Part shown: positions 10,829 to 24,800 of the stretch, piece by piece
How positions within the stretch are numbered: the stretch's first letter is position 1
How the letters are laid out: the number at the start of each line of letters is the position of its first letter
From: Bispira polyomma
Taxonomy: Eukaryota
Reading direction: 5' to 3'
Assembly (NCBI GenBank): GCA_965649765.1
Contig: OZ287756.1
Coordinates: 57,350,001 to 57,414,000 of the forward strand
Length of the DNA: 64,000 nucleotides
Translations under genes and position numbers: made by a program
Notes under the pieces: model-generated
The model's database searches: none
What the model saw: the letters and a program-made list of their open reading frames with translations, nothing else
Told to the model about the DNA's origin: nothing

Positions 10829-11023
10829 TAATGTAAAATATTAAAGATGGCGTTGTTGCCTACATGACTTCACAAGTATAAGTGAGGATTCTAGCTAAAA
10901 AGCGGGAAACAGAGGTTAATTAGTACACAAATCGCCAATTAGGAGAGGGTTTAAAGGGCATGAACCCAAGGAGGAAAATACTGGTAGCACTGAACTTGCT
11001 ATCCCCTACGGTGCTACCCCGCA
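10829..11023 (-). repeat. E1 split direct repeat A1 (5' end)
   Basis: Matches 5292-5486. Confidence 0.95.
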
Positions 11024-11209
11024 AAATTACACAATATATATTTTATAATACATTAAAAATTTGGTTCTAAGTCGTATTCTGAAAAAAAAAATTATAGCTT
11101 AATCTTTCATTACAAAGTATTGGGCCACCTGATTCTAATCCGGGCAACCAAACTATAAAATCTGGTGGCCACCACACTTTCTCCGCAAAGTTTACACACT
11201 GATTCAAAC

Positions 11210-13570
11210 ACAGATGGTGAATATACACAACACCATGCCATGAATCTGACACATGATTTACAGCAAATGACTTCTATAGATGGAAGTAAGAACTTCCCTA
11301 ATGTATACAATGTAATATACGACCATTTTGTATCAGTATTTTGTAATGATATTTTAATAAATGATAAATACCATAAACAAGGTACCTTAAAGTAAATGTA
11401 ATGTCAATTCCAATGATTATCCACTGTACAATACATTTACATGTGCTGCTTACTATAAAATGGGTCAATCAATGATCCATTTCCATGCTAGTTATAGTAT
11501 AGAAGATAGTATTGCATTTTTTATGGGGACAAGTCATATTTACACCAAACAGCGGATTGGAAATGTGTTCCTTATATGGTTACAGACATTGAAACCACAG
11601 TGTACAAAAAGACATAGGGATATAGGACAGGGAATGTCCGGTCAATAACTATACTGACACTCCTACCCATAACAGGCCTATAGCAGTATCAGGAGTAGAA
11701 AAAAAAAGAGTATACATAAATGGGAACGAGTCACATTTACACAAAAATGCTGAGCATGTCCCTTATAAGGTAAAATACATTGAAAGATCATGTGAACAGA
11801 GAGTCAAAAGCACACATGATACAGAATGTCAGGTCAATAACTATACTGACAGTTGTAGTATACTGACAGCAACAAGTATACAGTAGTAGAGTTGATAATA
11901 ATTCCTTCAATAACAGGAATAATAAGGGTTGTTTAGTTAGACAGGGTTATAACTCTACCACCATTAATAAACCTGATAATGAGGTGGAAGCACGTGATTT
12001 TGGATTTATGCCACATGGGCCTTCTCCACTGGTAATTCCTTTGGGCTTTAATACTATTGCCTTTACACCTAATGTGACATGGTTTATAAAAATTCATAAT
12101 ATAGTTAAATCACAGCATTGTGCTAATTATAAAGGGGCACGGTTTACAGTTTTCTCAGGCTTAAATATCCCCTTTTGGAGATCCAAGATTAAAAGGTTAT
12201 ACTTTAGAAATATCAGGCGAATATGTACAGTTTGGATTTCCACTTAATGTGGACTATAGCATTTAATTATAATACAACAATTGTAAATCACAAATCAGCA
12301 TTATGTGCACCTGTAGGCGTGGATGAGTATTTCAAAACGGAAGTTGGCCATAGAGCAATGATTGGCCCAATTTTTGAAAATCCATTTTCGGAAATGCAGT
12401 TTTCGCTATAAATGGCTCGACCTAAACCAGATGGAGGTACTCGTGTTATAGTATATACGTCCTGGTCACCAGGCCAAGGTGTTAACAGCTGTGTTTCAGC
12501 TAATATATATGATGACATGCCTTTTACGTTGAAATATCCCAACATAGATCAGGTAATGTAAAAAATCAATTTGTTTGGTCATTCAACCAAACTATATAAA
12601 ATAGATTTACAAGGCGCATTCGTAACTTAAGGATAGATCTTTTTGATTACCCTGTTTTAGTACTTAAATGGAAAGATAATACATATGTAGATGTTGCATG
12701 ATCACGGAATTTGGGTAATGAATTATTTAGATGATTATATTGGAGCTAGCCCTCCTCACTTAGGTGAAAGTCATTTCACTTCCCTTAAAACCCTTCTTGA
12801 TAATTTGGGTCTCCCCGTCAATATGAAGAAATTAGTACATTAACTATACCTCTTAGTAAGATAATGGAAGTTAAAAAATTATGTACTAAGTGCTACTAGA
12901 AACCAGTTGCAAATGTTAACAGGCAAGTTATTATCCATACACAGGTGTTTAACCTCCCCGTGTATTTATAAATTGAGTTTTACAGGTACTCAGATCTGCC
13001 CCAACTAGAGTCAGTATAGTTCTCCCTGATTATTTCTATAAAGATATAGCCTGGTTCAACCAGTTTGTGGAGGTGTTTAATGGAGTCGTTGCAGTACAAG
13101 AAGATACTAAGGCTAAATATACAGTATATGTTGATGCCTCATTAGAAAAAGTCGGGGGTTTTCATAATAACTTGGTTTATTTTACAGATATTCCAATATA
13201 TGTAAAATATTGTAGATGAATTGTTCATTTGGAAGCTGCTAACATTTTGATTGCTCTGAAAATATGGTGTAAAACTGCAGAAATGCAAAAGTAGATATTT
13301 AGTGTGATAATCTGGCCGTGGTCTACGTATTTTCTTCTGGAAAATTAAAAGACCCTTGGCTCATGGCTTGCCTACGCTCTGTGCACTACCTGGCTGCCTA
13401 TAACATAGAAATATGTGCTAAACATAGACCAGGAGTAGAAAATAGATATGCAGACATACTGTCGCGATGGCATGCATATCAAGATTGTAACACAACAGAG
13501 GTTAAGTTATTCAAAACATGTAAGTGGGAGATAGTAAATGGATAAATGTTAATACCCAATTTTCATATCT
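11210..13570 (+). pseudogene. pol: E2 pol (RT/RNase H) pseudogene
   Basis: Fragments ANYKGAR..SGLNI..W, NHKSA, AMIGP, YLDDYIG, VDASL, HLEAANILIALK, CDN and ADILSRW, broken by many stops and frameshifts. Confidence 0.85.
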
Positions 13571-13682
13571 AGAAACCCTGTTATTATATAATATGTTACC
13601 ACCTCCTCTGCCCATCCCCTAAAGTGGGGTGGGACTGTCTATAAAGAGACATATACTGCCAAGATTGTGCCATGTATTTCAG

Positions 13683-14635
13683 GAACATCTATGGCGGCCA
13701 TCTTGGACAGAATTGCTTTACAGCGCATCCCCTTTGGCATGAGACCTCATTCAACCAAGGCTTATGACGCAACGTTTCGACTATTCCTGGCGTTCGTGGT
13801 ATACATGAAGTTTGCTGTACCTCACAACTTAAGGACCATCACCTGTTATGTGGAGTATCTTATACAGATTAGATTGAGGGCTGCCTCAGTAAACAATCAA
13901 ATTTCAACGTTGTCTCACTATTTTGGGTTGTATGAATGGCCTAAGTATGGCCTGTATTGCATGAAATTACAGATGCTAATTAAATCCATCAAAATCAATG
14001 CCCCTTTAAAACAAAAAATTAAAGGTGTTTTGATTATTACGTTGTTGAAAAAATTGATAATAACTACTACTAAGACTTTTCTAAATCATGAAAATTTATA
14101 CAGCTCTGTTCTTGAGTGCTTTCTTCGGGTTTTTCGATTGGCATCATTACTTTCAAATGCCGTAAAAGAGTAAAAACACAGGCTGACTTAGTGCTGGGGC
14201 CCCCAGGACCCCATGTAGTAATTACCTGCGCAAAAAATATGCAGAGTTCAGGACAATTTTATGTAGTGTAGTTACCTATTCTATCTTACAAAGACATTTG
14301 TCCCATCAAAGCATTGAAAACTTTATTGCAAAAGATGCCAAGTAACAGTGAATCGCCTCTCTTTCTGATTAAAACTAAAAGTGGAAATGTTCCTCGTACT
14401 GCTTTCAAGACTAGATCATTTCTAAAACTTGCTATTATAAAAATTGGCTTATAGCCAATAAGCTATGACTTTTATACTTGCAGTAGAAGCGGGGCTTCAC
14501 TGGCATTTGATCAAAATGAAGATTTACAAAATATAAGGACTCATGGAAACTGGAAAAGTGAGGCGATCTGGACATATTTGAAAGTCCACCCCTGAAGCAT
14601 AGTTCCTAAAACATTCCAAAAACTTTTACTATATA
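13683..14635 (+). pseudogene. E2 tyrosine recombinase pseudogene
   Basis: MRPHSTKAYDATFRLFLAF, FRLASLL, CPIKAL, RSGASLAF and HGNWKSEAIWTYL, with frameshifts and stops. Confidence 0.85.
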
Positions 14636-16139
14636 GACCAGTGCAACATATCTGGGGTTTGGCTCTTGTAAAGTTTTAACATTTTTAAAATATATACAAT
14701 TAGAGAGTTAGATCTCTTTTTCGGTCATTGCTAAGTCCATGGTTATCACACCATGGGTCACGTGTTACCGGCATCTTGGAATACCTAGATTATATATATA
14801 TATAAAGTATTAAAGACACTCTAGGAACGAGTACTGACTGTAAGTTAATGCTTTCTGCTGTGTTGTTGTTTAGTAGTATAACAAAATGTTAACAGAAGTA
14901 AAAAGTATGTTAACATAGACAAATAACTAACAAATGTAAATGCCATCTATAAACCTAAATATCTGAGCCGTTTCTTAACGGATTTTAGTGGGGGGAAAAG
15001 CACAGTAACGACAATAAAATAGGCTTTCTCCAGCAATTTTCAATGTCAACATTCCACAAATATTGATTATGTATGGAACGAAAAATGTACCTGTGATAGC
15101 GTTTTTCCAGCCATTTCTGTTTCAAAGTGGGTCAGTCCTCCCGATTTTTTCACTCCCTGACAAATAAAATCTGATGGCTCAACAGACGTCGGCCGACATC
15201 GGATCTGATCTGATGCAAATCAGCTAAAAGGAAGCACTTGGTAGTATTGTATACCGAGGGTAAAAATGTCGGACGACGTCTGCCGATAAAAACATGCTGA
15301 AAAGAAGCGTAGGCTAAATGTGTTTGACCTAAACATTGTGTCTTCTTCATATGTGTTCTCGTTTAAGCTAATAAGTACATATAACCTTGACTGTAATAGT
15401 AAATATGAAATGAGCTTCAACTCGGCGAGTCCATATATACATATGATATGGTATGTGTATATTATGTAATGTGTTTGGTGTTTGTATGTAATCCCAACCA
15501 CTACACAGAGAAATTTGTATTAAATAATCACGGGCCAGTCCCGCTCATATAATGTATAGAACCATATAAGTTCATTTAAAATGTAAGTAACCCGCCTTGG
15601 GTTTATTTTAAAATCTTATTAGGATCCATTTTATAATCTTGGTAACTACAATGTTAAGATATTCTGTAAATATTTACCTCTATACTAACATGTACAAAAT
15701 AAAATTTCAAACTCATCTTTTACTGACTTCTGTTCAATACCACTTTTAATATCATACTTGGACAACCTTCCTACATTAACCCCTTTTTTATCGACTGTTT
15801 ATTCACTGGTTAGACGTCCATAGTTATTCACACACTACTAAGCCATTACTTACGTTGGCTAAAAACTTCACCTTATTTTAAAAACACGGTTGACGATCCT
15901 GTCAAATCTTCTACCACTTGGCTAATTGTTTGAGAACTGAAAGGATACATTGCTTGTACAATTATATATAATAAAACGTGTGTAAATGCTATGTTAGTTC
16001 ATAATTTTGAATGGCATTTTTATGGCATTTATTTATATTTTTCATATTTTAATTTACAACCAAAAGGATATTAAATGAACAATCAAAAATATATTTTACT
16101 GAAACTTATTTGATTTAACTGTCAGACATTTGGGTGAGT

Positions 16140-16690
16140 ATTCAGATATATGCCTCCTGCCATCATTGAAGGCCTCATTAAAGACAACAGTCTATAAAGA
16201 TTTTGGATGTAAATTTATCCACTCGTCCGCAAAAGCTTGTTCCAGTTTACAGTATAAACAGATATTCCATTTCCTCTCTCAATGTGACTGAAATAAATAT
16301 AATTATCAAGGTAGGAGGGTTGTTGAAAGACAACAGCTTTGAAAGTGGTCACATAAATTTTATACACAATTTTATTATGAATGGAAAATTCTTGTAATTC
16401 TTTTAGGTATGAGGTGACATTTGTGTGAATGTCGAGACAAAAACCACATAAATAATCCTTTGGGGTCGAAATACTTTTTAGACCAAACAAAAGATGAATG
16501 CAGTAGTCTAGGCCGCTACTTGCAAGGGCATTACCCACAATAATAGCTGTTTGCAGTGACAATTAATTACTGACATATTTTGCTGATATGAATATCAACT
16601 GAGAAAGCAGAGTAAATAGTAATATCAATGTTTTTGACATTATCAGAACAAAGTATATTTTCCCCAATAATCAAATGTGGATAAACGATC
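16140..16690 (-). mobile_element. Degenerate L2/CR1-type LINE ORF2 3' remnant
   Basis: NALASSGLDYC..LL resembles the ALVxSRLDYCNSLL motif of L2/CR1 ORF2. Confidence 0.5.
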
Positions 16691-17434
16691 TAAGTACTCA
16701 CTGTGTACTTTAATGTAAAAAAAATTATCTGTTCACCCTATAAAAAATAAACATACAAATGGGTAAATGCATTTATCCAAAGGAGTAGCAATAATGACCT
16801 GATCCCCAGTGGCAGGCTAAAGATCCTTAGAAGTGTTGATAAATGATTACCTCCAAGTCTCTTTCTTCAATAAGGGGTATCACACAAAATACAATAAGCC
16901 CAGTCCTTGCAACCCTGGGGACCTCCAACCGTGCCTTACACCGCGGTTCTGCGTACAAATGCCAACACAAACTTTACAAGTTCTGGTAAAAGATGCTGCA
17001 CTACCAGCATCAGGCCAATCAACCGCCTACGGCGGCATTTATCACCACTATCGAAGGAGTAGCAATAATGGCCTGTACTGCATAGAATACCCAGAGTAAC
17101 CGAGTCACAGTAACCGAGTCACTAAAACACATATTACCATAATTAACCCATAATATTTTCAGACTGAACCATATATTTTCTTTAAATGTAACACTAGTGC
17201 TAACTTGAGGCACAAGCGCAATACTTGATCAAAGTTGAATAATGATAGAGGGGTGTTGACTCATTGCTAAGAGACAATGCACCTGTGCATCAGATGTGCT
17301 GTTCACTGTTATCCAATGGAATTGCTTTAGTTTTGTTTGGGGTTTAGCATCGTAAAACATATTGATTTCGCCAAAATTTATTGTCTATGTAACTACATGT
17401 ATATGTATGTTACCACATGTACTCATTTTCCAGA

Positions 17435-17596
17435 CAGGGGAGTAGCCAGGATTTTTCATCGGGTACTCCCAAATTAAACCAATATATTTTGTTTTTTTTA
17501 AGGTAATATTTTTTTTTTTTTTAATTTTTTTTTTTCTTTCTTGTCATTAAATTGATATGCCTGGGCATACTGGCGTTAATGGTAGCTACGCCCTTG
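17435..17596. mobile_element. Short TIR element (MITE)
   Basis: CAGGGGAGTAGC ... GCTACGCCCTTG termini with CCAGA on both flanks. Its right end recurs reverse-complemented at 62088-62145. Confidence 0.6.
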
Positions 17597-18022
17597 CCAG
17601 AGAAAACAATCGATGAGTTAAATTTTAATTCAAATTACCGGAAATGCAACTGAGAATTCTTGCTACAAACAAGTCGGTCGCACATTAACTTGTAGGTAAA
17701 CATATAGGTGACATTATGTCATTATTTTAATATATCCCATTTTTTTATCGGGTATGTATCATTTTCATTATTATACTAAATATACAGTCAGAAACGTTAC
17801 ATTAGTGTTTTATATTTTACACTAATATACCAAGTAAAAGAAGAAGGTACATTACCATTACATGATGCTACAATGTAGAATACAATGTAGAACAATATAA
17901 ACAAATATGTATGTAACAACTTTAACATTTGCCAACTTGTAGATCTGAATTTGTGAAATAAAGACACATTTGTTTTATTTAGTCTTCAATGGATCTCTTA
18001 TTAACATCCATTTATTTTTCAA

Positions 18023-18278
18023 GGGGCTGCGGTGGCCTAGTGGTTAGCAAGTATTGCGCTTCACAATCACTGGTCTCTCACCTCTGGGCGGCGTGAGTTC
18101 GAATCCCGTCAGTGCCTATGTGGGAAAGGTGGTAGTTCCTTGCCGCTGGTTTCTCTGCAGAACCTTGACTGACTGTATGCAGTGTTTCTCCAGCGTTTCC
18201 AACTACCCATCCCAATATAACCTACTAAAAGGTACTAGAGTGGACATTAAATATCTAAATTCAAATTCAAATTCAAAA
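18023..18278 (+). mobile_element. tRNA-derived SINE, copy 1
   Basis: A box TGGCCTAGTGG, B box GTTCGAATCC, (AAATTC)n tail, 15-bp TSD CCATTTATTTTTCAA. Confidence 0.92.
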
Positions 18279-19580
18279 CCATTTATTTTTCAATTGTTTA
18301 TTCCTAAGGATGATATTTTAAATTTATTATCGTCCCTCATATATTACTTAAATGGTGTACCTTAAGGTCAACAAACTTAGTTGATTTGCCTGTAATAGAA
18401 AATTGAATATATAGTGTTTAACCTTTGGAAAAATAATGTTTAAGCCATTATTATGTTCTTTTTAAGTAACAAGATATTGCCCATAATAATATCAAAGTTT
18501 GTACCTGTTGTAATATTTGCCCAAGCCGTTTGTTTTTAGAAAACTTTTGGTGCCTAGAATAACGTTTATTATTCAGTATTGTGGCCAAAGTAATTTATTA
18601 TCAAGAATGCCTTTGATCCAAATCTTGTAGATTATATTCCATTCATTATTGGCTACAGTTCAATTGAACATTTCTTCCTTAGGTTTTTCTAGAATCCAGA
18701 GTTGGGAGTTATTTTCTAGAAATTTTGACTGTGTTTAAATGCTTAAACTTAGAAGCCATACAGGTGTTATCATAGTTGTGGTTGGTTCAAGGTTATATTA
18801 ATTTAATCAGGCCGATCGTCAGTCTGTGATAATCTATAAAGTTACCATTAATATTGTATGATTATTTTAATGAATCTCTATTCCTTAATTAACTGTGGTT
18901 ATCATAGGTTTCAGATATAAATAATTCAGAAAAGAATAATGTGGCACCTTAGCAGCAACATGCACTGTACCAAATGTCCTTCTGGTTAATTGTGTGTTAG
19001 TAAATGTAAGTTTAGACAAAAGGCAATTAATTTACCGATTGATTTATCCCATACACTTAATAGTCTTCTAATGTTAATGATGGTTGATTAATCAGTGATG
19101 TCTTATGCTTATGACAATAAGCACGTTTAGAGATTGGATGATGGTTGATGATTTTCAGACATTAGGATTTATGATGTCAAAAATCAATCACATTATGTAG
19201 AAATGGCATGTAATGAGATGGCATGTTAAAGTGATTATACTCACTGGTGTGGACACACTCTAAAGTCTGCACACCTATAAAATTGCAAAATTCCAGAAAT
19301 AAATTGTTTTTATAACGCTTGTTAATAACTAAAAAAAGTCATTTGTATTACATATATTGTTTACATATATAATAAATGTTTTTTTTATATAATAATACAC
19401 CAAAACTCTTTGACTTCATGCTAAGGTTGAGTTTCAGTATATAAACATGTTAGTGAGTATCAGGCTTCCTTGGCGATGTATATATAAAGATACAGGTGAA
19501 AAGAGTAATTATAACGCCACCTTGCAAATGTTGACTACAATGTTCTGTAGATAATAATACACAATAGCAGAAACAACAAG

Positions 19581-19760
19581 ATGAATGTCGCTCGATTTAA
19601 TAATACTGTTGCAGATTACATGTCAACACCAGACATAAACATTGGGAACTTCAACTTGATTGTTATAACTGATGAAGCCATTTCATCGCCGAGGACACAA
19701 TAACAGATTGATTTGCATGTCATACAGAAGTACACGACAGGTTAGTTTTTGTCCATTGGT
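19581..19760 (+). pseudogene. 5' fragment of a GPCR paralog (pseudogene)
   Basis: EAISSPRTQ*QIDLHVIQKYTTG*FLSIG matches EAVSLPRTNEQIDLQVILKYTTGAFLSIG of the 44703 GPCR. Upstream 19200-19580 matches 45985-46380 inverted. Confidence 0.8.
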
Positions 19761-21816
19761 TTGACTCATGGATTGATCAACGTTCATTATTCGAGGTACT
19801 GCATCATGGGGAGCTTAGGAAGCCATAATTATACTTTTTTGAAGATGCATTTTGGGTAGTTTCATAGACAAAATATTTTCAGGTCATCTGGCATACTGTA
19901 TATTTCATTTTTTGCAAATATATCTTCTGTTGAAGTGTTTTTCTTATTTGTTTGTATTGAGACTACTGTTATACATATCGGTATAATTGCAAGAACAAAA
20001 TCTGATCTTCATTTTATCCATGAAATGTGTGATTTGCTATTAGACTGTGATCCGAAAACTGGTCTGTGTTGGTAAACAATTTGTGACATCATAGTATAGA
20101 ATGACGTTAACTGATGTGTTTGACGTAATTTGGGTGCCAGGCGTAAGACACTATATATATAGGTAACAGTACATTATTAGTAAGTGTATAAAGAGATATT
20201 GATAAGTCTTTTATTTATGTTAAAGCAGCATTGCCTCGAGGGTACAAACAATAAAATGAAGATGCATATAACTCTATGTCCGTAATTCATTTGCCTTGAC
20301 TCAGGTCCAGTTTTGCATAATTATATATTGATATTTTATACAATGAATCCAATAAATAGTGTTACTTATTTCAGATTGTAGGATTTTAACCTTGTGTTTG
20401 GAATTTGTATATGCACAATGACATTCATTTAATTGATTCACCAGTGGACAGTATTTGCACTTCACTAACCTGATGCAAATTTTTGGTATTGAAGGAGACT
20501 TGTTTAGATCTTCGTTAGGGTAGTAAATGGTAGTACTGGTTAATAGGTCTCTGAGATTTGTTAATGTCCTGTACCCTGTAATTGCTTTATTTTTTTAAAT
20601 TGGTCCAGAATCTGAGCTCTTAGAAATTATGTTCCAGTTATTGTCTGTTTCTTAAATATGGATTTCTAGGGTTGAAGTTTGTTACCAAAACAGGTGTGTT
20701 TTGGAGTCATTCTGGTTCAACTTCATGTATTAAGTCATCCTGTTAACTTGGGATTAGAAAATAAGACATTATGAAACAAAAATGGTTTCGTGTGTAGTAA
20801 GCACATGAAACAATATTTGTTTTACAATGTGTTACTTTGTGAAATAAATTATTTATTTTACAGTTTTAGGGCGATAAATGTTAAATAATATTTGTCTTTT
20901 GTGTACTCTTCATGCGTTATAGAATATTCAGTTCTTGTGTGTGCAATAGGTGTGCAAAATTATATTTATTATTATTGTAAATATTGAAAAGTACAAAAAA
21001 AAACATGGGAACGTTGTGAGTATTTTATATGTCTTCATTATGTGTCTCTATCTATCCATTTTAACATGACCATACTTCTTGCCATTGATCCTGTTGTACC
21101 AAAATATCCGCAGATATTCCATGACTGGCAATTATCCATTTATCTCCCAAATTCTAAACCAGTATAGGAAATATGATAGTAATACATATTGTGACATTGT
21201 CATGACTACTGAAGGTGAAAATTAATCCAGTTCCCAATATTTTAGCTTTTTATTCCACAGTATTATATTTCAGTTCAGTAAATTAATTCTTGCATAATGT
21301 GCTAACCTCCACCTGTTAATTGTTCATTGCAATATATTATGCAAATTGAATATGGTTTTTAACACCAAAGAAATGTGAAACATTTTCCTGAATCAGGAAA
21401 TAAAAAAAAAACTTATTATTTTAAATCAGCTATTAATAGTGGATGTTATACTGGTGTAGACATCCACACATAGATTAGGAATGAAATAGCATATTAAATG
21501 CAATGTTGCACCCAGAATGATATTTGTACATGGCCATACAAATTAGGTCTCACTTAGTGAGTCAACTGCTAACTTTCACGCATACATTCTTGGGGTAAAT
21601 CACTGCAGATATAGGGGGCGATAGTATTACATTTATACCTCCCACTCACAACTACCAGGATTACATAGTTTGGAGATGAAAGTGTTCGCTTTAAATCAAT
21701 CACCAAGGTCCCGTAGAAGTAAATGTAACAAATTGTTAAGGTAGAAGGGATTTTATTTTAGTGTTCAATTTTTATTTCAGAGAATCTGAATTGTGCAAGT
21801 CCAAAACATTCATTTT

Positions 21817-24800
21817 CTAAATAAAGGTATGCAAGAAAAATCCAGAGAAAGTTGTACGACTGTAACCGTATATTTGGTTATTGTTCGTTCGTGAGATGAT
21901 GCTCACCATCTGATCAGAATCACACTGGATCACAGCATAATTCCCACACTGGAGGGCTACATTAAGGACATTGTCATTCGAACAGTATGTATCAGCAATG
22001 TACCTACCATCAACGTATATGACCCCATTTAGTGAATCATCAGGTCCTATGTCATATGCGTACAACATGAAAGCAAAGAAATACATCCCACTGATGGGGC
22101 AGGTGAAAACACTTGCCGAGCTGTTATAGGCTCCCCCTTCATTGACAAGCACAGTGTTGAATGTAATGATTTCCCCCACTTGTGGAAAAATCCACCCCAG
22201 AGTCAAATAGGCAAAGAAGCTGATATTCTCATTGGCACTGTGTACTGAAAGTGACAACATGATAGCATTGTATTGTAGTGTATATGTTTATTGAGCGTTA
22301 TTAATGCTAGATATAATTTAAAGAGTAGCATCCAAACAAAATTAGCACAGAGGATTTTGCAAAAGTCATAAGCAATGATGTAGTTAGATGTCAGCTCAAT
22401 TGCAGAGGTTGTCACATATTTTGCAAATATATTTTTTGATGCAATACTAAAGGTGATATTTCTGGTATTCCTGATATGCTAATTTAGAACCCCAAATTGT
22501 CTACACACATGACAGATCGAGATTACAACCCTGGACTTTGGATGTGGGACCCAAAACACTGGCCACAGGAAATAATGAGTTACACATAACAGAGTCATAC
22601 CTGTGTTTTTTTAAGTTGCTACTTTCTGTTGATATCACCTGAACATCATCGCAACCATTTACGGTAGTCTCCCTGGTTACGACTTCCATCCGCCCACTAT
22701 TTTTGATTTTCGATTAACGTTTTGGGTTTGTTGCGCCTTAGAATTTGTTGTACAAAGATTAAGCGCTATAAAAGTACGACTAGATTAGATTAGATTAGAT
22801 CCTTCAGGCTGAGCAATTCATTCTTTATCAATGCCACATCCTTGACCACCTCTTGTAATACAAAAGTATAAAAAGTATTTTTTGATGCAGACTAAAGGTG
22901 ACACATCTGGTATTGCTGATATGCTGAATTAAAACACCTAATTGTCTACACAATTGAAGGATCAAGATTAGAACCCTCTACTTTGGATGTGGGACCCAAA
23001 AAGTTTGCTGCAGATGATAATGAGTTACCCATAACAGAGTCATACCTGTTTTTTTTAAGTTGCTACTTTCTGTTGATATCAACTGAACATCCTCCTCCAG
23101 GCTGAGCAATTTATTCTTTATCAATGCCACATCCTTGACCAAGTCTTGTAATACAACTGTGACATTACCTGGCTGTATGACTGGATTGATGGCAGTAATT
23201 GAACATATTTGGAGCAGAAAATTCACAGCAATGAATGACCAACACAGACCTGTGCTCTAAATGTATAAAAAATAAAATACAACAGCTTACTGGCTCTGAT
23301 CGCTGTTTGAATTATGATAATAATGTCATAAAGAAAAAAACATACAATAGTGAATTAATTAATGAGGTAAAAATAACAAAGGCATGCTTACAATTCCTTC
23401 TGGGGGGATATGGAATTGCTCCAATCTTCACATGTTATGTTTCTGCATTATTTGGTTACAAACCATGCAAGGTTTGAATCCAGGAATATTACAAAACAAT
23501 CAGAAACAATCCAATCAGACGATAGCAAAAAAGCAAAAAGGTGTTGTAACAGTGCCTAAAAGTTTAGTACTTTGAGGCAAAAGTAAAATAAAATAATTGA
23601 ATGATATGTATAATAACCAATAATGAAATATTTCTCTTTTATTTTAGAACATAAAAAGTATTGTGTTTTATTTATAAACAGGTTAATGCTTGAGACTTTT
23701 GCTTAAACACTTAAGACACTTCTGTGGTGAACGCCAATCCCGCAAGCCCTTGTTTATTCCCAAGATTTGCCTCTATTTTCAGGATCGCCCATTCGGTATT
23801 TCCTCAACTTCTAAAGTTTGAGATTTAGTCATTGCCATCCACGTTTACAGATGTAAACAAAACTACGTAAATCCTAAAAATAGAGTGAGGGGAGGGCATG
23901 GTGGATTTGGTCCAATGACCATGGGAAGGTTCTGGATGTGGATCACGTGGGGAGGCCACGCTGGATCTCTCTTTCTCACATTTGGAAACAAAGGGACTGG
24001 ACGTTTTGATCTGGATCTAAAATTAACTATAGTTTAATAAAGGCACCCTTTATGGGTAGGTGGACACATGGGGAACTATCACTATCATTTCATCTATTAT
24101 CAGCAGTTTGAACCACCACTCTGTTGGGCTACAACAGCCAAGGAATAGTTATTTCTAGTCCCAAGGAGGCAGGTGAGGAGCCGGCCAGATTCTTGGGGGG
24201 ACTAGCTGGGTTACCCCATATTGGTTGCCTGTCATTCATTTTGGTAGGTGCCTTGTAACTTTGACCTTGATCTGTAATCTCGTTGTACCCTTTTGTTCCC
24301 AGTCCAGGTATTTGCTGAACGTACCCATGATGTGGTTGGGAGTTCCAGGGGTTCTGTGTATACAGATACCATCCCAGGACTTTGCCACATGGTACAGTAA
24401 GGCAAGTATGGGAGGACAAATAAGATTGAGCACCCCATTCCAGTATAAGGTTGGGTAAGGTTTAAGTATACGGTAGGTTTCAGTTAATATATGGGAATAT
24501 GGGAGTTATGACGATTTCTTGTAGAGCAGTGGGATTTTCGTAGAACTTGTGTTATAGTATAGAGACATTTAAATATGCTTGAAAGATAATAAACTTAATA
24601 ATTGTAGTGTGTTATAGTATAGAGACATTTAATTAGACTTGAAAGAAAGTAAACTTATTAATTGCAGTATTTCTAAACCTACGGACATTCCCCCACTTGT
24701 AATTGATCAATATCGGTAGCAAGTACACCAAAACTGCAATTTGTGTGTGTTTTAAAATCACCTCTTGTAATTCCATTAAGGCTGTTTTATGTGTGTATAC

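Larger units (their letters stand above)
3836..11023 (-). mobile_element. E1: intact Ngaro-type tyrosine-recombinase retrotransposon
   Basis: A1 10829-11023, gag, pol, YR, B1 5487-6043, A2 5292-5486, spacer 4391-5291, B2 3836-4390. All three ORFs are open; no methyltransferase domain; no TSD. Confidence 0.95.
3134..11201. mobile_element. Non-autonomous hAT-like DNA transposon (about 0.9 kb without E1) carrying E1
   Basis: Imperfect TIRs CAGTGTGCGAAATTTCCGG and CCGCAAAGTTTACACACTG. 8-bp TSD GTTCAAAC (3126-3133) / ATTCAAAC (11202-11209). Subterminal GGTGGCC repeats at both ends. Confidence 0.8.
1480..14700 (+). mobile_element. E2: degenerate Ngaro-like YR retrotransposon, interrupted by the 3134..11201 insertion
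   Basis: Gag remnant at about 1480-1860, pol remnants at about 2000-3133 and 11210-13570, YR remnant at 13683-14635. The reading frame joins across the insertion (..HNSSN|TDGEYTQ..). Element ends not resolved. Confidence 0.8.

Noticed and set aside
18023-18110. tRNA gene
   Set aside because: A/B boxes are followed by a shared body, a tandem tail and TSDs in three copies, so it is a SINE head.
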